Of a stretch of DNA of 11,577 bases, positions 1-8,827 are shown piece by piece. The DNA comes from Octopus sinensis (lineage: Eukaryota), in assembly GCF_006345805.1 (NCBI RefSeq), contig NW_021826970.1, positions 1 through 11,577 on the forward strand. The letters run 5' to 3'. The notes beneath the pieces are model-generated. The model had not been told where the DNA came from. It saw only the letters and a list, made by a program, of their open reading frames with translations, and ran no database searches. Each line of letters opens with the position of its first letter. The first letter of the stretch is position 1. The translations under genes were made by a program, and so were the position numbers.

Positions 1-46
1 AAAAAGTATATGTATTTGTAGAGAGAACCTCCTTCTTATCGACAAC

Positions 47-107
47 TATGATTGTCACACGCTGATGATAGGTCAATACCTTGAAACTCGAGTCCGTGTG
101 TATCATA
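47..107 (+). ncRNA. Minimal type I hammerhead ribozyme (PLE/retrozyme type), GUC cleavage triplet
   Basis: Stem I cacacg(56-61)/cgtgtg(95-100), extended by tatgat(47-52)/atcata(102-107). Core CTGATGA(62-68), stem II aggt-caat-acct, GAAA(83-86), palindromic stem III A-ctcgag-T, C17 at 94. Confidence 0.88.
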
Positions 108-312
108 AGTTGAGGACAGGAAGGACGGCTTCCCTTTGCAAATACTGATAGGACACAGAAAGTGTGTCTATAGCCACCTGGAGGAGGTGTCCTCCTGGGG
201 CTATAAACTACAGTAGCATCCACCCTTAGGGGTTAGCCATATTCAAATGGCAAATATACGTCACGATGTGTTTCTGCTACTGTTTATAACTCACTTGATA
301 TTTATCATTATA

Positions 313-545
<233 letters not shown>

Positions 546-829
546 TGCTATAAAATCATAACAATTTTTTAATCTATAAATTATTCAAATCATAGGAGTA
601 AGAAATAATTAATAACATTTATCTAATGAATACTTATATTGATTTATGAAGCTAGAATAAATATATTTAAATCTACAAAATAACACTGGAAGGAGTTTAC
701 CTTTGAAAAACCTAACCTAAAATAATAGCAACGTAGAAATCCAAAAACAAATGAGAGAAGAACTTACTTAAATAGTAAATGCAAAGGATGAAACTGTGAT
801 TACAAACTCTCAATAATCGGTTTATCAAA

Positions 830-1232
830 TTAAACAAAGTGAAGCATCCTTAAAAGACCTGTTTATGTAGAAATGTTTAAACACATTCATTCCAATGAAC
901 ACTAAAAATCCTCTTTCCGATTTTGAATTTAACAGCTTTCTTCTGGAAAATAAAATCAAAAATAATTCTTCAAAACAAAAAGAACAGAACCGATTGGCAG
1001 TCTTATAGGCCGGAGCCGTCCCTAAAATGTTCCATTCAATAATGAACAAATTATTATGATCTTTAAGATTCCAGATGAAATTACTAAGACTAATAGAAGA
1101 AGCCTTATTTCTAATCCTAAAAGAGAGGTAATGGTTTGAAACCTTGTTTGTTAATATCATTAGCAGAAGAACCAATATAAATGTAATGATTACCCCCAGA
1201 AATGATTTCAGCTTCATAAACCGCTTCTTTAC
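830..1232 (-). mobile_element. Penelope-like element 3' fragment: GIY-YIG endonuclease, frameshifted
   Basis: Translates AVYEAEIISGGNHYIYIGSSA..KQ/frameshift/NHYLSF..SLSNFIWNLKD..IEWNIL..AY..CSFCFEELFLI..LLNSKSE. This matches the PLE GIY-YIG C-terminal pattern; a Neptune-like assignment is inference. Confidence 0.8.
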
Positions 1233-3235
1233 TATTGTATAAAGATGCTGTCTTTAGAAGTTGTAAATGCATTTTAGAGCGTGGTTGCAAAAAATTTGGA
1301 GAAGAATTTTGGTGCTTCAAGATCCCCTTGCTTAACTCTGTTTTCAAATGGAAATGCTTCTGCTGTGGATCCACCAAATTTAACTTGGGCTTTCATATCC
1401 ATATACAGAGCCCTAATTATATTCACAAACTAATCTCGACAGTTAAGTTTCTTCGGTACCGGCCACGGTCGAAAACATTCCTAAGATCCACAAAACAATG
1501 GTAGAACCTCATGTTTTGTTCATTGCCCCTTCCTGGCAGCTGCCAGACAGGGAAGATCATATCAACTGTCCCACATGAAGCACAGACGCTGCATTGTGAC
1601 TCCGGTGCAGCTCTTGGGATGATAAATTTATGAAGGCGCTCTTAGGTAACATAACGAAGTACCTTTCCAACAACAGACAACAAGAATATTCTGTGGACAT
1701 TTCCACACACGTCCATGGAACGAGATTTATATCAGGAAATGAGAATAGAATCAATCCAGTGTTTATAGTACCCCCTCTTTCCTCCAGTAAGAAACGAAAT
1801 AGTTTGATAATCCTTTCCCCCACTAAACCCCTAAATTCTGAGTTGACTTGTGTTGGCTGGACAGGCATTTCTTTGACAACCGAAGAATTAAAGATTTCCT
1901 GTGTTATTTTCATATTTCCATTCGACTGTTTATTGAGAAGATCAGAATAGTGAAGTACTAATTGTTTTTGTATGGATTGACATCAGTAAAGCGCTGTCGG
2001 CCATCAACAGATCTCACTGGAGCTATAGTGGTTGACCGAGGGCCAAAAACCTCTTCAATTAATACAAAAGAATAGAAGGCTTTTGTAGCCTCATGGCCAA
2101 TAGCACTTTGTACATCTCCTGCCTTTTGGTGCCACCATTTATCTTTCATTTTCTGAAGACTACATCGAATTTTTAATTGAAGAGATGTGTATCTCATGTC
2201 CTGGCTGGAATTGCTTGTTTTACTTATGAAGAAGTTTAGGAATTTCCAAGCCAATAAACCAAGTTGCATCTTTCTTAAATCTCTTTCCCCAAATAGAAGA
2301 AACCGAATCGCAGATTTATAATTTGAAATATTCTTCCATGGATCTCCTTGTTCAGGTGAGACATCTCTTATTGACACGTGAAAACTTTGTGATAAAGTGG
2401 GGGGAATGAAGGTTTGCTGTGTTGATTCTCTTTGGTACAGTAGAGCCCCCCTTTCTAATCTAGCGCTGGATTGAAAAATTAAGTTTGTCTCCCACAAGCT
2501 TATGCTCTGTCCATCATTCTGCTCCTTTCATAGCTCGGACATTTCAGACAGCTTCCAAATCGGATTTGCGTACCAAGACAAAGTCAACAAGGTGCCAGTG
2601 CTTAGAACTTGATTGATTCCAGGTTGTTTTATATTTGGTTTTTACTGAAAGAAACTGCATGCTATCAAAAGCCGATGTTCAGTGCAAACACAAAGAATAG
2701 ACACTATTTCAGTTATGTTCTTCTTCACAAGGTCAGTTATGTCATGAAACCAAATTCAACTTTTCAGTTGAAGTCCTCCATAATTACTAGCTTATCAGTA
2801 GCTGGCATATTTCTTACCAAATCTCCAGGATCGTTGTAGAATTGTCCAACAGATGCTTCTGCATGTGACATTGTGGGTGCATAACACTTATTACAGTGAA
2901 GTATCTCCGTTCCTCTTTTTCAGATGCGAACGACATAATAAAATAGATGCTGAGGAACCGGTGGGGTGGATTTCAAAAGATGAGACCAGAGGGTTTCTAA
3001 CAGCCAAGATTCCCTTCTTTCACCATCTGCTAAACCTTTCTGAAAGAAAGTGTAGCCAAATCCACCCCAATTGAAATGACCATCCCCTCTTAAAAAGTTT
3101 CAAGGAGTGTTCCTACCTTTAATGAATGTCTTTTCAAGTTCTGGGCGATCAGTACAGTTCATCTCTCTGGTCTACGATTAAAATTGTTCCTACCTAGAGT
3201 ACACAGTTTCCAAAAAGCAAGTTTCTTAGAACGTT
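1233..3235 (-). mobile_element. Degenerate RTE-clade non-LTR retrotransposon: APE endonuclease plus N-terminal RT, truncated before the YADD motif
   Basis: Manual translation across stops and frameshifts gives RPER*TVLIA, GYTFF, YAPT, MEDFN, KHWHLVDFVLVR, TEHKLV, KWWHQKAGDVQ..KAFY..VFGP..SVDG..TD, CGNVHRIFLLSVVGKVL, PESQC..TVDMIF, FVDL..FD, RVKQGD..AP..FS..F, AF..DSIFIQ. Confidence 0.9.
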
Positions 3236-3452
3236 TAATCTTCTTGAGTTGACCATTTGACCAGAGTGACAGGTTGATGACTGGGCCATTTGAAGAGCCA
3301 AGCTGTATCATGTTTTGTTCCCAAACCCTTATTGCCATTTACCACTTTTGTTTAAGTAATTTCTGATAACTTCAAAGAACATTTGAAGGCCAACCATGCT
3401 AATAGAGTTTGTAATATACAAGCGGTACCCCTGTAATTAGATATATTTCTCA

Positions 3453-3731
3453 GTGGACATAGATGACACAGAACTACCCCACGTCTTTAGCACAGAAGAT
3501 TTCATTGGTTTGTCATATGAAAAGACCAAGAACTTCAAGGGCCTCCGTGGACATAGATGACACAGAACTACCCCACGTCTTTACCACAGAAAATTTCATT
3601 GGTCTGTCATATGAAAAGACCAAGAACTTCAAGGGCCTCCTGGACATAGATGACACAGAACTACCCCACGTCCTTACCACAGAAAATTTCATTGGTCTGT
3701 CATATGAAAGACCAAGAATTTCAAGGGCCTC
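3453..3731. repeat. Minisatellite, 3 copies of ~93 bp
   Basis: Unit tggacatagatgacacagaactaccccacgtc...aagggcctc starts at 3454, 3548 and 3641, with few substitutions. Confidence 0.95.
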
Positions 3732-4713
3732 GAGATGGTACTACTCTGGTGTGTGGTCTGCATTTTAAAGGGCAGTTACTTCAGGCTTCTCTTTAGTTTA
3801 CTCTTCAATGTCTAAAGAGAAACTGTGAAATTTTGTTTTGGTACCCCTACCAGTCATCCGAAAATTTGACACAGAGATAGATTGAAAAGGACTTTTTTTT
3901 ATTCAATCAGTAAAATATAGAAAAACATTTCCGTAGCGGATAGAGCAATAAGTTTGGCAGTCATGAGTTTTGCAACGTAAAGATGACAAAATTTCACCGT
4001 TTTCCCCTTTTCTTCCATCTTCCTTTATTTCTCCATCACAACGATGAGATGGTGCAACATTTTATTCATTATCTAAAAGTCCATTTCTTCGTAAAAATGC
4101 AAATACCTTCCTCTCGCCGCTGTATAAATCTTTAGCCAAAATCTTCAGAGCTTTTAGAAATTGCAAATTATAGAAAAAAAGTAACCTAAAGTATTTTGCC
4201 TTTAATTTGTGAATCCCACACCCAAGCACCACCCTCATGTTTTTATTTCAGAATTTACTTTTTCTTAGACTAGTTGCCTTAACGAAGCTGTAGAGTTCAG
4301 TCTATCCTACGAGTCAAAGGTTAGCAAAATTACGGCATTGGTAAGAAAACTCTCAGCAACCAGTCTTCATATTGTGTCAGAGTAATAAAATAATGATATA
4401 AACTAAAACATAAAAATAATAACGGTATATATATAAAAAGAATATGAAAAACATAATAATGATAATGTTTTAAAAGCAAACTGCTGGAAGTTAACAAAGT
4501 TGAAAGGTTAAAAAGTCTGCCAGGTTTTCCGTTGAGTCTTACTAGTAACATTGTGACCCAGGACAAAGTGCTGCATGGATGGGTTGTTGGCGACTCAACC
4601 AGTAAGACGTCCAAGATTGCTTGGTGAGGAGGTGTTTGTTGGACAACGAGGGGCGGGGGTGAGAAACTAGAAAGAAAACAGAAAGAAGTGGTGGAAAGAC
4701 GGATGGACATGTG

Positions 4714-4802
4714 CACACACACACACACACACGCACACACACACACACATTGCTTACGACGGGCTTCTTTCAGTGTCCGTCAACGAACTCCACTCACAAG
4801 AC
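4714..4802 (-). mobile_element. 3' remnant of a tRNA-derived SINE with (TG)n tail
   Basis: tacgacgggcttctttcagtgtccgtcaacgaactccactcacaag (4755-4802) is homologous to the tail end of the copy at 7167-7295 and lies next to (CA)n at 4714-4749. Confidence 0.65.
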
Positions 4803-4902
4803 TTTTCAAAAGCGAATGAATAATGCGAAATTATTTTCGATTCATGTCCTTGTCTGGAAATCTTTCGTCACGCATCCTGTGACCTCTTCATAGAATAAGA
4901 AC

Positions 4903-5065
4903 AATAATCCTTTCTACTTATAGGCACAAGGCCTGAAATTGTGGGAGGGGGAGAGGGGATTAGATCGACCCCAGTACTCAAATGGTACTCAAGCACGAAA
5001 TGAGGAAAGGCGAAGTTGACCTCGGCGGAATTTGAACTCAGAACATAGCGGCAGAAGAAATACCT
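4903..5065 (-). mobile_element. tRNA-derived SINE (octopus-type), 5'-truncated copy
   Basis: B-box gagttcaaatt on the minus strand and a central segment shared with the 5066-5295 copy. 3' end ...tttcaggccttgtgcctataagtagaaaggattatt. Confidence 0.8.
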
Positions 5066-5295
5066 ATTTCTTTACTATCCACAAGGGGTTAAACACAGAG
5101 GACAAACAAGGACAGACAAACGGATTAAGTCAATTACACGAGCTCAGTGCGTAACTGGTACTTATTTAATCGACCCTCGAAAGGATGAAAGGCAAAGTCG
5201 ATCTCGGCGGAATTTGAACTCAGCACGTAACGGCGGACGAAATACCGCTAAGCATTTCGCCCGGCGTGCTAACGTCTCTGCCAGCTCGCCACCTT
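5066..5295 (-). mobile_element. tRNA-derived SINE (octopus-type), near full-length
   Basis: Minus strand begins aaggtggcgagctggcagagacgttagc (A-box-like, 5283-5271), then B-box gagttcaaatt (5221-5211) and the gtcgatctcggcgg / aaaggatgaaaggcaaagtcg core. Confidence 0.85.
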
Positions 5296-5589
5296 ACAAC
5301 GCATATATTATTGATGACGTGAAAAGCAATCACAGATTTTATAGTGAAAGGTACATAACTTTTGCAGAGAAGTCCCTTAGTCTTTTAATAAAATTTGCTA
5401 AGGCAGAAGTTTAGGTTCTAAGCTGCTCCAAGTCAACTTTCGTCTTTCGTTCTTCCCTGGACAATGGAATAATGCACCAATCGCATTCCATTCCGATTTT
5501 ATCGATTATGCCCCGCATCATCGATTAAAATCTTGTGATTATGTTAGAAATTAGGAAATAGTTCAAGGAAGCATATGGGTGGAAAAGAC

Positions 5590-6215
5590 TGGTCTTCCAT
5601 ATGTTGTGGTGATCTTCAGGGAGGAATTCCTCATTCTGGCCAGAGTGACGCAGGAAGAAGCGGAGAGAGAGGACAAGGTAGATACCCGCATTTCTGGCAA
5701 ACCCGGATATGTTGACAAGAGGAGGGGGACACTTAATCTGTTTGTAAAGATTCTATCAACAACCCCTTCACGTGCACTTATAGTGACATCAGGAGGGACC
5801 AGTTGCAGGGTTCTGGCAAGTTACTGCCTAGGCTGCCAGAACCAACAATGGAATGGAATCTGAAGGAACCGAGCATCAGTGAAATGGGAAAAGGGATGAG
5901 GATGGTGAGATTTATCACAGCATAATTGAGTGGCCTATAAGAACTGCTGGAAGCTACTCTATCGGGTGTGGAGGGTCCTACATATAACCTGGAGGAGAAG
6001 ATAGGTTACCTAGTCACAGACATACATCGAAGGGATGAATATACCGAAGGAGACAAGGGCCGAGATTATCAACATATGTTGAGTTATCCCCTTACTCAGT
6101 GTAGAAAGCAAGATTCTCTTAGACATTCTGTTTGAGTGACCCTTCAACTTTCTGCTAAAGAACAATTGTATAGACAGGGTTTTACGGAAGGGAGTCATAC
6201 TGAGCTGGGTGTCAC
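5590..6215 (+). mobile_element. Degenerate RT fragment of an RLE-type non-LTR retrotransposon (HERO/R2/NeSL group)
   Basis: Frame-hopping translation gives TYSDIRR..LPRLPEP..EPS..YKNCWKLLYRVWRVLHITWR..EGMNIPKE..IPLLSVESKILLDIL..FLLKNNCID. This resembles the IPKE..LLNVEGKIF..YL.N.YID motif. Confidence 0.7.
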
Positions 6216-6404
6216 TGGTTTCCCTGTACTTTTGGTTAAAAAAAAGTGAAACACATTTCAAGAGACATCTGCAGAAATATTCCACTATAGGATGTCTTAC
6301 ATTGTATTAGAAACAACAGCCAACTGCCATTGAATTTGCATTATTTCTCTGCATCTTGTGATACTGCATTTAGATCTGCAGAAATTTCCATAGACACAAA
6401 TACA

Positions 6405-6590
6405 TCTCAGAGAATCATGCAATGAGCAAAATAAATAGGATTTTTATCATACAGATTTAACTTGAACCCCTATTTGTCTCCCTAATACAGCTGCTGCACC
6501 TTAATTACTTAATCCAATACAGTCATACAACCCAAGGCCTATTTCTCTGAAACAGTCATCTACTTTTTGAAAAATAATTTCCATCTAACA
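6405..6590 (-). mobile_element. Possible hAT transposase remnant
   Basis: Translates IIFQKVDDCFREIGLGLYDCIGLSN*GAAAVLGRQIGVQVK..CSLH, which resembles the hAT C.G..DGAAAM.G..GV..HC.H segment. Short and interrupted by stops. Confidence 0.35.
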
Positions 6591-7166
6591 ATCGACAGAA
6601 CAATGGTCCTTCGTGGGCCCTGTTCCATATTAATTTTAGTCATTGCGTCGAATTGAATTGAATTTAGAAAGCTTTTTCAAATCTTCCAGTAATTTTCTCC
6701 AATTAATCATCATTAATGTCTGGAATACAGCTACCAACAATATTATTTGAGAGACAAACTTCCTTCGATTAACCTGCATTTGCTTTTTCCATTAATAATT
6801 TCTGTGGTTTTCGTTTCTCGTGGCAACAAAAATTCTTCCCCAACGCAGCATGTTCTTGTTTCTGTTTTTTGGCTATTTTCTGCACGTGGTCACTTTTATA
6901 AATACAAAGTAAATTTAAACAAAATAAATCATATAAACAGTAACTTATGGTTTTGTATGACTGAGCTTTGGCAATTAACAAGTATTTTTTAACAAAAGCA
7001 AACCAAACAAAACAATTACTCACGAGCTAAAAAAAAAACACGTCTGAACGATAGCTTAAACTGTGCTCTATAATTTGTTATTACCTATACAGGCGATACA
7101 AAGAAAATGACAACACAATCATGAATGATTTGACGATGTAGAGCAATTGGGGTCAATTAAAAATTG

Positions 7167-7295
7167 TACGACAGGCGTCTTTAATTTTTCGTCAACGAAA
7201 ACCTCTCACAAGGCTCTGGTAGGCCCGAGGTGTCAGGCAGTGAGACTGAACTTGAAGGCGCGTGGTTGGAAAACAAGCTTCTTATCACGCAGCCA
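7167..7295 (-). mobile_element. Degenerate tRNA-derived SINE with internal deletion
   Basis: Minus strand tggctgcgtgataagaagcttg (A-box-like) ... agttcagtctc (B-box-like) ... gccttgtgag ... gtcgta. Confidence 0.65.
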
Positions 7296-7533
7296 ATAAA
7301 AATATTAGAAATATTAAAATTGCTAAGTCTCTCTAAAAGAGAACAACGGCAGCGTTCCCGGAAAATAATAGTTATCGCCATACTAATATGGCATTCTTAT
7401 AAAAATAAGAATAAAGCTGTCCGCTTATTAGCTCCATGAGGCCATCGCCTTAAGTTAGCTATTTGATACACAAACTGTATCCATATAACCTTCGAACAAG
7501 GGAGGTCAGTCGCTCCACACTACTTGACCGGCA

Positions 7534-7575
7534 GCTACACACGCGTTTCGGGGTATTGCCCCTTTTCAATGCAGC
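7534..7575 (-). ncRNA. Variant minimal type I hammerhead (U3-A8 core, G17)
   Basis: Minus strand gctgca-TTGAAAA-gggg caata cccc-GAAA-cgcg-T-G-tgtagc. Three helices, palindromic stem III, GUG triplet. Confidence 0.7.
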
Positions 7576-7643
7576 GTAGCCAGACCAGTAGGTGTCGCTT
7601 CTGGTATTTGCAAAGGGAGGCCATCCCTTTCTCGTAAGCCTGA

Positions 7644-7699
7644 GTGATACGCACCGGACCGGTTTCGAGATTATTGTCTCTTATCAACGGGCGGTAACC
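7644..7699 (-). ncRNA. Variant minimal type I hammerhead (U3-A8 core, GUC)
   Basis: Minus strand gtggttaccgcccg-TTGATAA-gaga caataa tctc-GAAA-ccgg-T-C-cggtgcgtatcac. Predicted cleavage between 7657 and 7656. Confidence 0.82.
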
Positions 7700-7706
7700 A
7701 CCATGT

Positions 7707-7747
<41 letters not shown>

Positions 7748-7772
7748 CATAATAAGAAGACGAATAAGAATA

Positions 7773-7843
<71 letters not shown>
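7707..7843. repeat. (CA)n/(TA)n compound microsatellite
   Basis: Direct reading of the sequence. Confidence 0.95.
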
Positions 7844-7845
<2 letters not shown>

Positions 7846-8184
7846 TCCCGGGTTGAGTCGGGGTTAACACAGTAAATAAGGTACTCAATACATAGCAGAG
7901 TAAATTAATTTATTTTATAGAAGGAGCTTCTACAGGACTAGAACTGTTTCATTCAAAAGGAATCGTCAGGAAACTAGGTGACAAGAGTAGTTTTGGCATT
8001 TATACATTTAGGCAGGTTTAAAGGGGTGGTGGTGGGGGACTTTTTTGGGGTAGGCATGGCGCAAACTATCATTCTTAGGGGAGTGGTCAAAGGAATCAGT
8101 GGTAAAGTAGATAAAAGAATAAATAAAGGAATAAAGGAATAAATAGAAAAATAGAGTTTTAGGTAAATAAGGAGACTCTCACTT
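7844..8184 (-). mobile_element. Non-coding pLTR-like element carrying a hammerhead, flanked by microsatellite
   Basis: About 340 bp of unique sequence between TA/CA tracts. The terminal ~130 bp (ggtcccgggttgagtcggggttaa...) recurs at 8629, 10060 and 10836. PLE origin is inferred from the hammerhead. Confidence 0.65.
7925..7975 (-). ncRNA. Type I hammerhead, GUA triplet
   Basis: Minus strand agtttc-CTGACGA-ttccttttgaat-GAAA-cag ttctagtc ctg-T-A-gaagct. Stem II is weak. Predicted cleavage between 7931 and 7930. Confidence 0.8.
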
Positions 8185-8194
8185 ATACATATAC

Positions 8195-8239
<45 letters not shown>

Positions 8240-8509
8240 TACATATACACATACACACACACACATACACATATGTATACATATACATACATACATATAC
8301 ACACATATACATACATACACATATACATATATACACATACACATACGTACACATACACACATACACCCATATACACATGTACATATGTACCCATATACAT
8401 GTATCTACGTACACGCCCATACCCATACTCATACATACACTTATATATGTCTACACACATATATATATTAAAGGGGATATACACCCCATACACACACGCT
8501 CCCATATCC

Positions 8510-8540
<31 letters not shown>

Positions 8541-8593
8541 TATTTACACACACCCATATACACATATAAATACATACATACACATACATACCT

Positions 8594-8628
<35 letters not shown>
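8185..8628. repeat. Complex (CA/TA/TACA) low-complexity tract
   Basis: Direct reading of the sequence. Confidence 0.92.
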
Positions 8629-8708
8629 GGTCCCGGGTTGATTCGGGGTTAACCACAGTAAATAAGGTACTCAATACATAGCAGAGTAAAATTAATTTAT
8701 TATATAGA

Positions 8709-8764
8709 AGGAGCTTCTACAGGACTAGAACTGTTTATTCAAGAGAAATCTTCAGGAAGCTCCT
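8709..8764 (-). ncRNA. Type I hammerhead (left palindrome arm); G12 missing in this copy
   Basis: Minus strand aggagcttc-CTGAAGA-tttctcttgaat-[G]AAA-cag ttctagtc ctg-TA-gaagctcct. The plus strand lacks one c after 8736 relative to the homologous arms. Confidence 0.6.
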
Positions 8765-8817
8765 GAGCTTCCTGAAGATTTCTCTTGAATGAAACAGTTC
8801 TAGTCCTGTAGAAGCTC
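8765..8817 (+). ncRNA. Type I hammerhead (right palindrome arm), GUA triplet
   Basis: gagcttc-CTGAAGA(8772-8778)-t ttc tctt gaa t-GAAA(8791-8794)-cag ttctagtc ctg-T-A(8810)-gaagctc. Confidence 0.88.
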
Positions 8818-8827
8818 CTTCTATATA

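Noticed and set aside
145-168. CTGATAG...GAAA as a second hammerhead
   Set aside because: The core is not CUGANGA, and the GAAA lies in the loop of a simple gacaca/tgtgtc hairpin with no stem III or stem I.
711-720. (CCTAA)2 telomere-like repeat near the PLE 3' region
   Set aside because: Only two units, expected by chance in AT-rich DNA.
1117-1377. 86-aa ORF as a functional RT-nuclease fusion protein
   Set aside because: Its N-terminal half is out of frame with the RTE RT, and both parent elements carry stops and frameshifts.
3453-3731. Triple repeat as a CRISPR array or a retrozyme tandem
   Set aside because: There are no unique spacers, the context is eukaryotic, and no hammerhead core was found on either strand of the unit.
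3424-3848. ggtacccct direct repeat (3424, 3840) as a 9-bp target-site duplication around the minisatellite
   Set aside because: There are no convincing terminal inverted repeats or poly(A) tail inside the pair.
4097-4104. Octamer ATGCAAAT, similar to the TGCAAATAC motif near the hammerheads
   Set aside because: An isolated 8-mer without the adjacent conserved hairpin or ribozyme.
4330-4480. Possible degenerate hammerhead/pLTR on the minus strand (tgaagactggtt...)
   Set aside because: No GAAA box or three-helix fold could be built.
5211-5283. tRNA gene
   Set aside because: A/B boxes are present but there is no complete cloverleaf, and the sequence continues into a SINE body.
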